Positions 20,187-31,444 of a stretch of 64,000 nt of DNA are shown in pieces. Below the pieces are notes generated by a model, which was given only the letters and a program-made list of their open reading frames with translations, searched no databases and was not told where the DNA came from. Within the stretch, counting starts at the first letter, position 1; each line of letters opens with the position of its first letter. The translations under genes were made by a program, and so were the position numbers. This stretch comes from an uncultured Actinomycetaceae bacterium (lineage in GTDB: Bacteria; Actinomycetota; Actinomycetes; Actinomycetales; Actinomycetaceae): NCBI GenBank assembly GCA_916438945.1, contig CAKAGS010000004.1, forward strand, positions 459,232-523,231, in the 5' to 3' direction.

Positions 20187-20558
20187 TCAGGCCTTGGGGC
20201 GCTCGCGGCGATCCAGCATGTACAGGGCCAGCTTCGAGGGCTCGAGCGCGCGCACGGCGTGCGGCAGGCGCGTGCCGAAGTGGATGACGTCACCGGGCTT
20301 CAGGACGACGGTGCGACCGTCGGCTTCGATCTCGAGGGCACCCTCAAGGGTGTGCAGGATGACGGGCATCGCGGCGGTGTGCTCGCTGAGGATCTCGTCC
20401 TTGTCGAAGCTGAAGAGGACCAGGCGCACGCCCTCGGCGTGCATGACGGTACGCGAGACCGTGGCTTCCTCGTTGATCTGGATCATCGAGGCGATGTCCT
20501 GCAGGTCCGTCATGATGGGCGTGGGGACCTCGGTGTTCGATTCGGGCGACAGGCTCAT
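20187..20558 (-). CDS. Cupin-domain protein
   Basis: LFSFDKDEILSEHTA..LEG..LKPGD..PHAV.A. Confidence 0.85.
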   Translation of the reverse strand: MSLSPESNTEVPTPIMTDLQDIASMIQINEEATVSRTVMHAEGVRLVLFSFDKDEILSEHTAAMPVILHTLEGALEIEADGRTVVLKPGDVIHFGTRLPHAVRALEPSKLALYMLDRRERPKA

Positions 20559-21376
20559 TGGCTCTCCTTGGGTTTGCGCGCGACGATGGCGACGCCGCAC
20601 AGGTGTCGGTCATATTTCTTAAACGTGCGCGCCATGGTCGTGACGCGTTCACGCAGGTCTTTGTCCCGCGCGACGTTACGCATGATACGCAGGGCTCCGC
20701 GCACGCCCTCGTCCGCGATCATGCGACCGGGCTTAAGCAGAGCCATGGGGGCCGTGCGGGTCTCTTCCACGACGAGGCCGACCTCTTCGAGCGCTCGCCT
20801 CCAGTCGGCGACGGTGAGGGGGCGGGCGTTGACGTTGATGGCGCGGGCGAGGGCGCGGCGGATCTCGGTGGCGGGTTCTTCCGGGATCGCGTCGGGACGC
20901 ATCGCCAGCTCGTGGATGACGTAGCGGCCGCCGGGGCGCAGGATGCGCGCGGCCTCGCTCATGATGGCTCGCTTAGCTTTCTCTCCCTGCATGGAGAGCA
21001 TGGCTTCGCCGACGACGACGTCCGCACTCTCGTCCGGCAGGCCGGTCTCGGCCGCGTCTGCGTTCACGCAGCGCCCCACGCCCGAGGCGATGGCGTCCAC
21101 GCGCGCGGATGCGTTCGGATCGCGCTCCACGCCCACGTAGGAGGCGGGTCCCACGTCGATGATCGCCGAGGCCGTGACGCCCAGGCCGGGCGCGAACTCG
21201 ACGACGTCCGAGCCGGGCAGGCTGGCGCGCTTGAGGGCCCAGGTACTGAGGGCGAGGCCGCCGGGGCGTAGCACCGTCTTTCCGGCGCGCGCGAGCACCC
21301 AGTGTCCGGGCGTCTTCTCGACGGGCCGGTCGGCGAAGGGCAGGGCCTCCGCCAGCGATTCACTGCTTGTTGCCAT
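20555..21376 (-). CDS. Class I SAM-dependent methyltransferase
   Basis: VVEFAPGLG, DAAETGLPD, RILRPGG. Confidence 0.88.
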   Translation of the reverse strand: MATSSESLAEALPFADRPVEKTPGHWVLARAGKTVLRPGGLALSTWALKRASLPGSDVVEFAPGLGVTASAIIDVGPASYVGVERDPNASARVDAIASGVGRCVNADAAETGLPDESADVVVGEAMLSMQGEKAKRAIMSEAARILRPGGRYVIHELAMRPDAIPEEPATEIRRALARAINVNARPLTVADWRRALEEVGLVVEETRTAPMALLKPGRMIADEGVRGALRIMRNVARDKDLRERVTTMARTFKKYDRHLCGVAIVARKPKESQ

Positions 21377-21458
21377 ATACGCAAGTATAGCGTTATCTAT
21401 TTCCTTACGCAGGGCTTTACCCGCAGAAAATGCGCCGACGGAGTCCCCTCATGGGCTT

Positions 21459-23132
21459 CTACAGGCCGATAATCTCGGCGAAAGCTCCCTTAATTGCCTC
21501 GAGGCGCTCGCGTGCCTGCTCCCAGGGCAGCGGCTCCCCCTCGGCGACCGGCAGGATCACCTCGAGGTAGCACTTGAGCTTGGGCTCTGTACCCGAGGGG
21601 CGCGCGATGACACGATCCCCCGCCTCGGTGAGTACCAGGACGCCGTCCGTGGGCGGCAGGCCGCGGTACCCCTGCGACAGGTCCGAGACCTCGACGACGG
21701 GAGAACCAGCCAGGACACTCGGCGGCTGGGCGCGCAGGCGCGCCATACCGCTGGCGATCTGCTCAATCTCCTCGACGCGGAAGGTCAGCGGCGAGCTCAC
21801 GTGCAGGCCGTGCAGTCGCGCCAGGCGCTCCAGCTCATCCCACACGCTGCGCCCCTGCGCCTTGAGGGCGGCCACCAGGGAGGCGGCGACGACCGAGGTC
21901 GCGATGCCGTCCTTGTCGCGCACGTGGGCCGGGTCGGGGCAAAAGCCGATGGCCTCCTCGTAGCCGAAGCCGAGGCCCGGGGCACGGGCGATCCACTTAA
22001 AGCCCGTGAGCGTCGTGTGATGCTCCAGGCCGTGAGCGCGGGCGATGCGCGAGAGCAGGCGCGAAGACACGATCGAGTTCGCGAGCGAGCCCGTCAGACC
22101 ACGCGCGGCCAGGAACTCACCCAGGAGCGAACCGGTCTGGTCGCCGCTCAGCGGACTCCATCCCGTCTCCGAGGCCGGATCGGGCACCGCGAGCGCACAG
22201 CGGTCCGCGTCGGGGTCGACCGCGATGATGAGATCGGCCCCCTGCTCGCGCGCCTGCTCGATCGCCATGTCGAGGGCGCCTGCCTCTTCCGGATTAGGGA
22301 AGGGCACGGTCGGGAAGTCCGGGTCGGGATCGGCCTGTGCCGCCACGAGGGAGACGTTGGAGAAACCGGCCTCGGCCAGGACGCGTGAGGTGATCGCGGC
22401 GCCCACGCCGTGCATGGCGGTCAGGACGATGCGCAGATCCTCGCGGGCGGAGGCCTCGCCCGAGGCCAGAGCGGACGCGCAGGCCACGTACTCCTCGCGC
22501 GGGTCCACGGCCTCGATGAGGTCGTCGTTCATCGGGACCTCGTCCGCGGGCGGCGCGGCCTCGATGGCGGCCGCGATCTCCGCGTCGAAGGGCGGAACGA
22601 TCTGGACGGCGCGCCCGTCGCCCTGCGCGACGGTGCCGCCCAGGTAGACCTTGTAGCCGTTGTCCGGAGCGGGGTTGTGGGAGGCGGTGACCATGACGCC
22701 AGCGTCCGCGTCGAAGTGCAGCATCGAGAAGGAGGTCAGCGGGGTCGGATTGGCCTGGGGCAGCGCGAGAACGCGCACTCCGGCGGCGGAGGCCACGCGG
22801 CAGGCGGCCGTGGCAAACTCGGAGGACCCGTAGCGGGCGTCGCAGCCGACGACCAGCGTGGGCGTGCCCGTCGCGTGGCGCTTGACGACCTCGCACAGGC
22901 CGACGGTCGCACGGATGACGACCGCAAGGTTCATGCGCGACTCGCCCGGGCCCACGACGCCTCGCAGGCCGGCAGTGCCGAACTGGAGGGGGCCGTTCAT
23001 GGCCGCGCCCACGCGGGTCGCCGCCTCCTCGTCACCACGCTCCGCGGCCTCGATGTCGGCGCTCAAGGCCGAGGCCGTGGCGGGGTCCGGGTCGTGGCTC
23101 GCCCACTGGCGGGCCCGCTCGAGCAGCTCCAT
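21459..23132 (-). CDS. Phosphohexomutase-family mutase (likely phosphopentomutase role)
   Basis: FGTAGLRG, TASHNP, DPDADR, RPSGTEPK; located in the deo operon. Confidence 0.9.
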   Translation of the reverse strand: MELLERARQWASHDPDPATASALSADIEAAERGDEEAATRVGAAMNGPLQFGTAGLRGVVGPGESRMNLAVVIRATVGLCEVVKRHATGTPTLVVGCDARYGSSEFATAACRVASAAGVRVLALPQANPTPLTSFSMLHFDADAGVMVTASHNPAPDNGYKVYLGGTVAQGDGRAVQIVPPFDAEIAAAIEAAPPADEVPMNDDLIEAVDPREEYVACASALASGEASAREDLRIVLTAMHGVGAAITSRVLAEAGFSNVSLVAAQADPDPDFPTVPFPNPEEAGALDMAIEQAREQGADLIIAVDPDADRCALAVPDPASETGWSPLSGDQTGSLLGEFLAARGLTGSLANSIVSSRLLSRIARAHGLEHHTTLTGFKWIARAPGLGFGYEEAIGFCPDPAHVRDKDGIATSVVAASLVAALKAQGRSVWDELERLARLHGLHVSSPLTFRVEEIEQIASGMARLRAQPPSVLAGSPVVEVSDLSQGYRGLPPTDGVLVLTEAGDRVIARPSGTEPKLKCYLEVILPVAEGEPLPWEQARERLEAIKGAFAEIIGL

Positions 23133-23136
23133 GGTG

Positions 23137-23790
23137 TCAGTCCTCCAGTCCTGCCAGGATGGCGTTCGTTGCGGACACTCCCAGGCGGGAGGCTCCGGCC
23201 TCGATCATGGCCAGGGCGGTCTGCGCGTCTCGGATACCGCCCGAGGCCTTGACTCCCAGGGCGTCGCCGACCGTGGCGCGCATGAGCGCGACCGCGTGGG
23301 TCGAGGCCCCGCCCGCGGGGTGGAAGCCCGTCGAGGTCTTGACGAAGTCCGCGCCCGCCGCCATCGAGGCCGTGCAGGCGGCGACGATCTCGTCGTCCGT
23401 CAGCGCGGCGGACTCGATGATGACCTTGAGGACGCGCGGGGCGGGGACGACGCGGCGCACGGCCGCGATCTCCTCTTCGAGCTCGCGGAGGCGCGCGTCC
23501 TTGACCAGCTCGATGTTGATGACCATGTCGATCTCGTCCGCACCGTCGGCGACGGCCTGGGCCGCCTCGAAAGCCTTGACCTGGGGCTTGACCGCGCCTG
23601 AGGGGAAGCCGACCACACAGGCGACCTTCAGGCCCTCGGGAACGTCCAGGGGCAGCATCGAGGGGGACACGCACACCGAGAAGGTGCCGGCCGCGGCGCC
23701 CTCCTCGACGATGCGGGCAACGTCCGCCTGGGTGGCCTCGGGCTTGAGGATCGTGTGGTCGATGAGTGCGGCCACGTCACGCTTGTTCAT
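23137..23790 (-). CDS. deoC: Deoxyribose-phosphate aldolase
   Basis: [32 protein letters not shown]. Confidence 0.96.
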   Translation of the reverse strand: MNKRDVAALIDHTILKPEATQADVARIVEEGAAAGTFSVCVSPSMLPLDVPEGLKVACVVGFPSGAVKPQVKAFEAAQAVADGADEIDMVINIELVKDARLRELEEEIAAVRRVVPAPRVLKVIIESAALTDDEIVAACTASMAAGADFVKTSTGFHPAGGASTHAVALMRATVGDALGVKASGGIRDAQTALAMIEAGASRLGVSATNAILAGLED

Positions 23791-23810
23791 AGAACTACTT
23801 TCTTGTCGCA

Positions 23811-24518
23811 TCACAGCTGGGCCAGGGGCAGGGCCAGCTCCATCATGGTGGTAAAGGACGTCTGACGCGCCTGAGCGTCGGTGGCCTCGCCCGTGACCAG
23901 GGAGTCCGAAACCGTGAAGATACCCACGGCCTCGACGCCCGCGTGGGCCGCGGTCGCGTACAGGCCCGCGGACTCCATCTCAACCGCGAGCACGCCCATG
24001 CGCTGCCAGGCCTCGTTGAAGGTCGGGTTCGCGTTGTAGAACGTGTCGGAGGAGAGGATGTTGCCCACGTGGATCGGCACGTCGGCCTCGCGGGCGCGGT
24101 GCACGACGTCCTCGATGAGGCGGAAGGAGCCGATCGGGGCGTAGGAGCCGGGGATCTGGTACTGATCGAGGAACGCCGAGTTCGAGCACGCGGCCTGGGC
24201 GACCACGACGTCGTACAGCTTGACGTCTGGCTGCAGGGCACCGCACGTGCCCACGCGCACGAGGCGCGTGCAGCCGAACTCATGGATCAGCTCGTGGGCG
24301 TACAGCGAGATCGAGGGGATGCCCATGCCCGATCCCATGACGGACACCGGGGTGCCGCGGTAGGTGCCGGTGTAGCCCAGCATGTTGCGCACGGCGTTGA
24401 ACTGCTGGGCGTCCTCCAGGTAGGTCTCGGCGATGAACTTCGCGCGCAGTGGATCTCCGGGCAGGAGGATCGTCGGCGCAATGGGGGCGGTGGGGTTGAT
24501 GTGCGGTGTCGAGCGCAT
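23811..24518 (-). CDS. deoD: Purine nucleoside phosphorylase
   Basis: [26 protein letters not shown]. Confidence 0.96.
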   Translation of the reverse strand: MRSTPHINPTAPIAPTILLPGDPLRAKFIAETYLEDAQQFNAVRNMLGYTGTYRGTPVSVMGSGMGIPSISLYAHELIHEFGCTRLVRVGTCGALQPDVKLYDVVVAQAACSNSAFLDQYQIPGSYAPIGSFRLIEDVVHRAREADVPIHVGNILSSDTFYNANPTFNEAWQRMGVLAVEMESAGLYATAAHAGVEAVGIFTVSDSLVTGEATDAQARQTSFTTMMELALPLAQL

Positions 24519-24629
24519 GTGTCCTCCTGTGGTGTCGAGGAGCCGGGGCTCCGTCGAGGCTTCTTTACCCTTGTCGCAAGGCTATGCCGTGCAATTGAAA
24601 TGTGTCAACGAGTACTTTGACAAATGTTC

Positions 24630-25614
24630 TCATCCGCTTGGGGTGCTATCGCGCACCCCGCGCGGGTTTGCCCCACGTGGCCGTTCCAGCAGCGCGAGGG
24701 CCAGGTCCTGGTCGACCACCAGGTGCGTGGCCAACCCCATGTGAAGCGCCGTGTCCAGCGCCTCCGCTTTATCGCGCCCGCCAGCTACGAGCACCCGCAC
24801 AGGGCGAGAGCGCAGCTCGTCGAGTGTGATGCCGACCGTCCTGCGGTCGACCGACGCCAGGGCGACGCCGCCCTCGCGCGTGAAAAATCGCGAGCACGCG
24901 TCCCCGACCGCGTCGCGCAGGAGAGCCTCCACCTCGTCGTCCTCGAGCTGGCCGAGGTTGAGCGAGAGGGCCTCGCGTCCCAGGGAACCGACGGTAAACA
25001 CCGCCACGTCCACACCGCGGCCCTCCTCCAGGATCCGCTCGATCGCCCGGTCACGGCGCACGATCGAAAGCATCGCGGTGTCCTGGAAAATGACGGGCAG
25101 CGGCAGGTAGCGCGGCTGGGCACCGAAGGCCTCGCAAAAGGACCGCATGATCTCAAAATCGTGCGTCGCTCTCTCGGAGAAGGACGCCCCTCCCTTGAGC
25201 TGGACGACGCGCACGCCCACGCGAGGGGGCGCGGGGCAGGTGGGCCGCGAGCGCACTCATCGTGCGCCCCCAGGAGATGCCGACGCTCATGCCGTCGCGC
25301 ACGAGCTGAGTCACCAGATCCGCACCGACGCGGCCGACCTGCTCGATGGCCTCGCCCTCGGTCATGTCGGGGCCGTGGGCAACTCGCGCGCAGGCCAGGC
25401 CGAAGCGCTGCTCCAGCCGCAGGGCGATCTCCGAGGCGTGCTCGCGCGGATCGTGGATCTCGATGGTGACGAAGCCGCGCTCGCGCCCATGGGCGAGGAG
25501 TTTGGCGACCGTGGGGCGCGACAGGCCCATGCGGGTGGCGACCTCGGCCTGGCTCAGGCCCTGCTGGTAGTAGAGCTTGACCGCCTCGATCGACTGTTCG
25601 TCGCGCCGTTCCAC
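24630..25614 (-). CDS. deoR: SorC/DeoR-family sugar-binding regulator; frameshift near 25245
   Basis: HTH LYY..GLSQAEVA..GLSRPTV, GISWGRT, AVGD, AGG..KAEA. Confidence 0.85.
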
Positions 25615-25650
25615 GATTCCTCCTCCCTGTGCGCTCGCGGCTGGCCGCCT

Positions 25651-26937
25651 TTAGGACACCGTCTCCAGGACGACGCTGCGAGGCTCGGGGGTCACCCCGT
25701 CAGCGATCTCGATGGCGCCGGAGAGGGATTCCAGGGCGCGTTCGATGCGCCACTCGTCGTCGGTGTGGAGCGTGAGCAGGGGCTGGCCAGCTACGACGCT
25801 TTCGCCCGGCTTGGCGTGGATCTCGACGCCGGCGCCCGCCTGCACGGGATCCTCCTTGACGGCGCGGCCAGCGCCCAGCCTCCACGAGGCCACGCCCACG
25901 GACAGGGCGTCCATGCCCACGACGGTTCCCCCGGCCTCGGCGAGGACCTGGTGAGTGTGCGCGGCGCGCGGCAGCGGTGCGTCCGGGTCGCCGCCCTGCT
26001 CGCGAATCATCGCGCGCCAGCGGTCCATCGCGCGCCCGTCCGCCAGGGCGGCCTCCACGTCGGCGTCGCTCACCCCCGCGAGGTCGAGCATGTTGCGCGC
26101 GAGCTCGCACGTCAGCTCGACGACGTCGGCGGGGCCGCCTCCGGCGAGGACCTCGACGGATTCCTCCACCTCGAGGGCGTTGCCGATCTTGCGTCCCAGC
26201 GGCACGGACATGTCGGTGAGGAGGGCGCGCGTGGCGACCCCCGCGTCGCGTCCGAGGTCGACCATCGTACGGGCGAGCTCGCGCGCGGCATCCAGGTCCT
26301 TCATGAAGGCACCCGATCCGACCTTGACGTCCAGGACGAGGGCTCCCGTGCCCTCGGCAATCTTCTTACTCATGATGGAGCTGGCGATCAGGGCGATCGA
26401 CTCGACGGTCGAGGTGATGTCTCGCAGGGCGTAGAGCTTCTTGTCCGCGGGCGCCAGGCCCGATCCCGCCGCGCAGATAACCGCGCCGCAGCCGGAGCCC
26501 AGCTGAGTCATGATCTCGTCGTTGCTCAACTGCGCGCGCCACCCGGGGATCGCCTCGAGCTTGTCGAGGGTGCCGCCCGTGTGCCCCAGGCCTCGGCCCG
26601 ACAGCTGCGGGACGGCCACGCCGAAGCACGCGACCAGCGGAGCCAGAGGCAGCGTGATCTTGTCGCCCACGCCACCCGTGGAGTGCTTATCGGCGGTCGG
26701 CTTGCCGATCCCGGAGAAGTCCATGCGCGCGCCCGAGCGGATCATCGCGTCCGTCCAGCGGGCGATCTCACCCCGGTCCATGCCGCGCAGGAAGATCGCC
26801 ATCGCCAGGGCGGCCATCTGCTCGTCCTTGATGACGCCCTTCGTGTAGGCGTCGATCGTCCAGTCGATCTGGTCGGGGGTGAGCACTCCCCCGTCTCGCT
26901 TGACGCGAATGATGTCAACGGCATCAAAGAGAGCCAT
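25651..26937 (-). CDS. deoA: Thymidine/pyrimidine-nucleoside phosphorylase
   Basis: DKHSTGGVGDK, SGRGLGHTGGT, SIMSKK, LGAGR. Confidence 0.95.
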   Translation of the reverse strand: MALFDAVDIIRVKRDGGVLTPDQIDWTIDAYTKGVIKDEQMAALAMAIFLRGMDRGEIARWTDAMIRSGARMDFSGIGKPTADKHSTGGVGDKITLPLAPLVACFGVAVPQLSGRGLGHTGGTLDKLEAIPGWRAQLSNDEIMTQLGSGCGAVICAAGSGLAPADKKLYALRDITSTVESIALIASSIMSKKIAEGTGALVLDVKVGSGAFMKDLDAARELARTMVDLGRDAGVATRALLTDMSVPLGRKIGNALEVEESVEVLAGGGPADVVELTCELARNMLDLAGVSDADVEAALADGRAMDRWRAMIREQGGDPDAPLPRAAHTHQVLAEAGGTVVGMDALSVGVASWRLGAGRAVKEDPVQAGAGVEIHAKPGESVVAGQPLLTLHTDDEWRIERALESLSGAIEIADGVTPEPRSVVLETVS

Positions 26938-27379
26938 CGTGTCCTTCTTTCTCTTCCGACGAGGCCGGGGCCGCCTGGGCGACGCTCGACAGGTCGTGGG
27001 GTCCAAACGCACCGGGCAGCACCTCGGTCATGGGCGCGACGCCGTCAGGCATGAGGACCAGGCAGGACGGCCCGCCGTGCTCGTAGATGAGCTGGCGGCA
27101 GCGCCCGCACGGGGCCACCGGCTCCTCGTTGCCGTTGACGGCGACCACCGCGACGAGGGTGCCGCCGCCGGAGCGGATGAGGTCGGAGACCATGCCGCAC
27201 TCGGCGCACAGAGTGACGCCGTAGCCCGCGTTTTCGACGTTGCAGCCGCTGACGAGCCAGCCGTCTGCCGTCAGGCCCGCGGCTCCCACGGGGAAGTTCG
27301 AGTAGGGGCAGTAGGCGTGCTTCATGGCCTCGATGGCTTCGGCCAGCAAGTCATCCCAGTCAATATCTGTTGGATCCAT
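26924..27379 (-). CDS. cdd: Cytidine deaminase
   Basis: PYSNFPVGAA, NVEN, CAE, PCGRCRQ. Confidence 0.96.
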   Translation of the reverse strand: MDPTDIDWDDLLAEAIEAMKHAYCPYSNFPVGAAGLTADGWLVSGCNVENAGYGVTLCAECGMVSDLIRSGGGTLVAVVAVNGNEEPVAPCGRCRQLIYEHGGPSCLVLMPDGVAPMTEVLPGAFGPHDLSSVAQAAPASSEEKEGHDGSL

Positions 27380-27387
27380 GCGGATTC

Positions 27388-28668
27388 TCACTTCACATAG
27401 GGGATGTTCTCAGCGGCGGGGGCACGCGACTTGCCGACGAATCCAGCAACGGCCACGATCGTGACCACGTAGGGGATCATCGAGACGAGGTCGGCGGGGA
27501 TCGCGGGCTCGATGTTGGGCAGCATGCGCGCCAGAGCCTGCGCGAATCCGAACATGACGGCCGCACCCATGGCACCCAGCGGGTTCCACTTGCCCAGGAT
27601 CATGGCGGCCAGGGCGATGTAGCCGTTGCCTGCGGAAATGTTGTCCGTGAACGCCAGGCCGGAACCGATCGTGAAGAACGCGCCGCCCAGGCCAGCGAAG
27701 GAGGACCCCAGGATCGTGTTGAGGGTGCGCGTGCGTCCCACGTTGATGCCGACCGTGTCGGCCGCGCGCGGGTGCTCACCGCAGGCCCTCAGCCGCAGGC
27801 CCCATCGGGAGCGGAACAGGAAGAAGGACAGGGCGATGACGGCCGCGTACATGAGGTACACGAGGATCGACTGGTTGAACAGGACCGGGCCGACGATCGG
27901 GATCTCCGACAGGACAGGAATCTTGATGTCGGACAGCGAGAACTGGTTGGTGTTCAGGCTCCCGGGAGCATCCTTCATGATCGTGCCGTAGAAGAAGGTC
28001 GTCAGGCCCAGCGCCAGGACGTTCAGGACGACGCCGACGATGATCTGATCCACCCCGTACTTGACGGAGAAGAGGGCCAGGAGGGACCCCAAAAGGGCAC
28101 CCGCAAGGGGGGCCGCAACGAGGCCCGCGTAGGGGGTCTGGAAGTACGAGGCCGCCATGACGCCCGCGAACGCGCCGACCAGGAGGTCGCCCTCAATCGC
28201 GATGTTGACGACGCCCACGCGCTCCGAGATGACGCCCGAGAGGGAGCCGAAGATGAGGGGCGTCGAGATCGCCACGGTGGACACCAGGGTCGAGGTCAGG
28301 GTGACGACGCCCGAGGACCCGGAACCCGCATAGAACAGGAATCCCAGGATCGTGGACAGCCCGACGACGGCCATGCCGCCGACACGCGCCCACGCGGGCT
28401 GGGCGGCGCGCCGCAGGGTCGCCACGATCGTCCATGCGGTGATGGCGATCGTCAGGGCGGCCAGCACCCACACGATGGGCGCGCCCGCAGTGACGATGTC
28501 GGGGATCGCGTAGGACTGCGACTTGTCGTTCAGGCGCAGCGTCATGTCGCCTCGAGCAGCGGCCGCAAAGACCACGAGCAGCACGCAGGCGGCCACGTAG
28601 ATGCCGGGAAGCTTCCAGGAGCGCTTGGCCTCGACCTGAGTAACAGCGCCGGACTCACTTGTGCTCAT
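27388..28668 (-). CDS. Nucleoside ABC permease
   Basis: ERVGVVNIAIEG, GEHPRAADTVGI, GYIALAA..GKW. Confidence 0.9.
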   Translation of the reverse strand: MSTSESGAVTQVEAKRSWKLPGIYVAACVLLVVFAAAARGDMTLRLNDKSQSYAIPDIVTAGAPIVWVLAALTIAITAWTIVATLRRAAQPAWARVGGMAVVGLSTILGFLFYAGSGSSGVVTLTSTLVSTVAISTPLIFGSLSGVISERVGVVNIAIEGDLLVGAFAGVMAASYFQTPYAGLVAAPLAGALLGSLLALFSVKYGVDQIIVGVVLNVLALGLTTFFYGTIMKDAPGSLNTNQFSLSDIKIPVLSEIPIVGPVLFNQSILVYLMYAAVIALSFFLFRSRWGLRLRACGEHPRAADTVGINVGRTRTLNTILGSSFAGLGGAFFTIGSGLAFTDNISAGNGYIALAAMILGKWNPLGAMGAAVMFGFAQALARMLPNIEPAIPADLVSMIPYVVTIVAVAGFVGKSRAPAAENIPYVK

Positions 28669-29794
28669 CGGCGTTCCCCTTTCGCGTATTCGCCGCGAGC
28701 GCGCGGGCGTCGGGCAGACGGAACAGCCACCTCACGAGGGCGGGCGCAGCAATCAGCAGAACGATGACCGACTGCAGGATGAGGATCATGTCGATCGGCA
28801 CGCCCTTGGCCTGCATCGTGTAGCCACCCGCCTTGAAGGCGCCGAAGAGGAGTCCCGCGCCGAAGGTTCCCCACGTCTTGTTGCGGCCCAGCAGGGCCAC
28901 CGTGATCGCGTCGAAGCCAATCGAACCGGCCACGTCACGCGAGACGTACCCGATCGTGCCCAGGGCCTCGTTCGCCCCAGCGAGGCCGAGGAACGCACCC
29001 GAGAGCACCATCGTGATCGCCGTGACGCGCTCGACCGAGATGCCGGCCGTACGTGCGGCGGCCGCGTTCGCGCCGACCGCGCGGATCTGGAATCCCAGGG
29101 TGGATCGCTCGATCAGCCACCAGAAGGCGACGAGGGCGACCAGGGCGACCAGGAACCCGACGTGCAGCTTGAATGGGGCGGGCAGGAGCCGCGCAAGAGC
29201 CGCGCTCTCCGCGACCTTGGGAGTCACCGGCTGATTCGTTCCGGGCACCTGCCAGGCCTTCTGTGCGAGGGTGTATCCCAAGCCCAGCGTCGCAATCGAG
29301 TTGAGCATGATCGTCACGATCACCTCGTTCGCACCCGTCTTTGCTTTCAGAACGCCCGCGATGCCGCCGTAGAGGCCGCCCGCAATAACCGCGACGAGGA
29401 GGGCCACCAGCGTGTGCAAGACCGGCGGCAGGCTCACCGAAAAGCCCACCCACACGGCCGCGAGCGCTCCAACGATGATCTGTCCCTTGCCGCCGATGTT
29501 GAACAGGCCGGCCCGGAAGCCGAGCGCCAGGCCCAGGCCCGAAATAATCAGCGGGATCGAATAGAAGAGAGAGTCCGTCAGCGGCTTGATCATGCGAACA
29601 GCGTTCGCCGCGTTCGGATCCACGATGGAGCCGCGGAACATCGCATAGTAAGCATCCACCACGGACGCCCCCGACAGCGCGATGAGGATCGCGCCGATCA
29701 CGAATGCGATGAGGACGGCCAGCACCGACACAAACCACTGGGAGCCAAAGACCCGGGTCGCGATGCCCGGCCCGCTACTCGAACGTGCGCTCAT
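28655..29794 (-). CDS. Nucleoside ABC permease
   Basis: FRAGLFNIG, NEVIVTIMLN, GFDAITVALLG. Confidence 0.9.
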   Translation of the reverse strand: MSARSSSGPGIATRVFGSQWFVSVLAVLIAFVIGAILIALSGASVVDAYYAMFRGSIVDPNAANAVRMIKPLTDSLFYSIPLIISGLGLALGFRAGLFNIGGKGQIIVGALAAVWVGFSVSLPPVLHTLVALLVAVIAGGLYGGIAGVLKAKTGANEVIVTIMLNSIATLGLGYTLAQKAWQVPGTNQPVTPKVAESAALARLLPAPFKLHVGFLVALVALVAFWWLIERSTLGFQIRAVGANAAAARTAGISVERVTAITMVLSGAFLGLAGANEALGTIGYVSRDVAGSIGFDAITVALLGRNKTWGTFGAGLLFGAFKAGGYTMQAKGVPIDMILILQSVIVLLIAAPALVRWLFRLPDARALAANTRKGNADEHK

Positions 29795-31356
29795 TGCGCC
29801 TCCTTTCCAGGCACCCCGGCGTCCCCAGCGAATCCCGAGGAAGCCGCCACGGCCTCGTCCAGGGGGACGCCAGCCATCATGAGGCCCAGGACGTCGCGTC
29901 CCGTGTCCGCCGGAACGATGCCCACGATGCGGCCGCGGTACATGACCGCGATGCGGTCCGCGAGCGAGACGACCTCATCAAGCTCCGAAGAGATCAACAG
30001 GACAGCGCAGCCCTGATCACGCACGTCCACGATCCTGCGGTGAATAAACTCAATCGAGCCGACATCGACGCCTCGCGTCGGCTGATTCGCGACCAGCAGC
30101 GTCAGGTCACGCGACATCTCGCGGGCCACGACCACCTTCTGCTGGTTACCGCCCGACAGGGAGGACACCGGGTCCTCGATGGCCGTCAGGCGGATGTCGT
30201 ATTCCTTTTCCTTGTCGCGGGCATTGCGCGTAATCGCACCGCGCTTGAGGGAACCAAGAGACGAGAAAGACGAGGAGCGGAACTGGTCCAGCACCAGGTT
30301 GTCCGCAATCGAAAACGAGGCGATGATGCCGTCCGTCGACCGATCCTCGGGGATGAACCCGACGCCCGCCTCCAGGGATTCGCGAGGCTTAGCACGCGTA
30401 ATATCGGCGTCCTCGAGCCGGATGACCCCGCTGTCGGGTGTTTGCAGGCCCAGGATCACTTCGGCGAGCTCCGTCTGACCGTTGCCTGCACACCGGCGAC
30501 CGCCAAGATCTCACCGCGGGGAACATCGAAGGACACGTGATCGAGCAGCGGCACTCCGCCCGCACCCAGCAGCGACACGTCCTCGAAGGACAGGCCGCCG
30601 CCCGCGGGGGCGCGCGGGCTCCTTCTCCACACGCATCAGCACCTCACGCCCGACCATCTGCGTGGCCAGCGAGGCCTCGGAATCACCCGGGGACGCGTGC
30701 CCCACGACCCGACCGCGGCGGATCACCGTGATCTCGTCAGCCACCGCGCGCACCTCGCGCAGCTTGTGCGTGATGAACACAATCGAGGTCCCCGCGTCGG
30801 CCAGCTGACGCATGATCGTCATCAGCTCGTCCGTCTCCTGCGGGGTGAGCACAGCGGTTGGCTCATCGAGAATGAGGACCTTCGCCTGGCGCGACAGCGC
30901 CTTGACGATCTCCACCCGCTGCTGGGCACCCACCGGCAGATCTTCGATGAGGGCGTCAGGATCCAGGTCGAAGCCGAAACGCGCCGAGACCTCGCGCACC
31001 GTCTGGCGGGCGCGCTCGCGGCTGATGATCCCAGCCGGTCCGGTCGGCTCGAAGCCCAGGGCGATCGACTCGGCAACCGTGAAGACGGGGATGAGCATGA
31101 AGTGCTGGTGCACCATGCCGATACCCGCCGCGACCGCGTCACCCGGGCCCTTGAACGTCACGGGCTCGCCGTCGATGAGGATCTGCCCCTCATCGGGGGC
31201 GTGCATCCCGTACAGGACGTTCATGAGCGTGGACTTACCCGCGCCGTTCTCCCCAAGCAGGGCGTGAATATGCCCCTCCTCAATCGTTAAATCGATCGAG
31301 TCGTTGGCGGTGAGGGGGCCAAACCTCTTCGTGATCCCCCGCAGCTCTAATTTCAT
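29791..31356 (-). CDS. Nucleoside ABC ATPase (two NBDs); frameshifts around 30490-30600
   Basis: GENGAGKS, LDEPT in the first half; LSGGNQQK, QPTRGVD in the second half. Confidence 0.9.
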
Positions 31357-31444
31357 TCCTTCGACCTTCCCCAGCAGGTGGGTGCACCCCCGATGCCCGT
31401 GTGGGGCCGGCAGCGTCACCGCCACCAGCCCCACACGCGCCGTA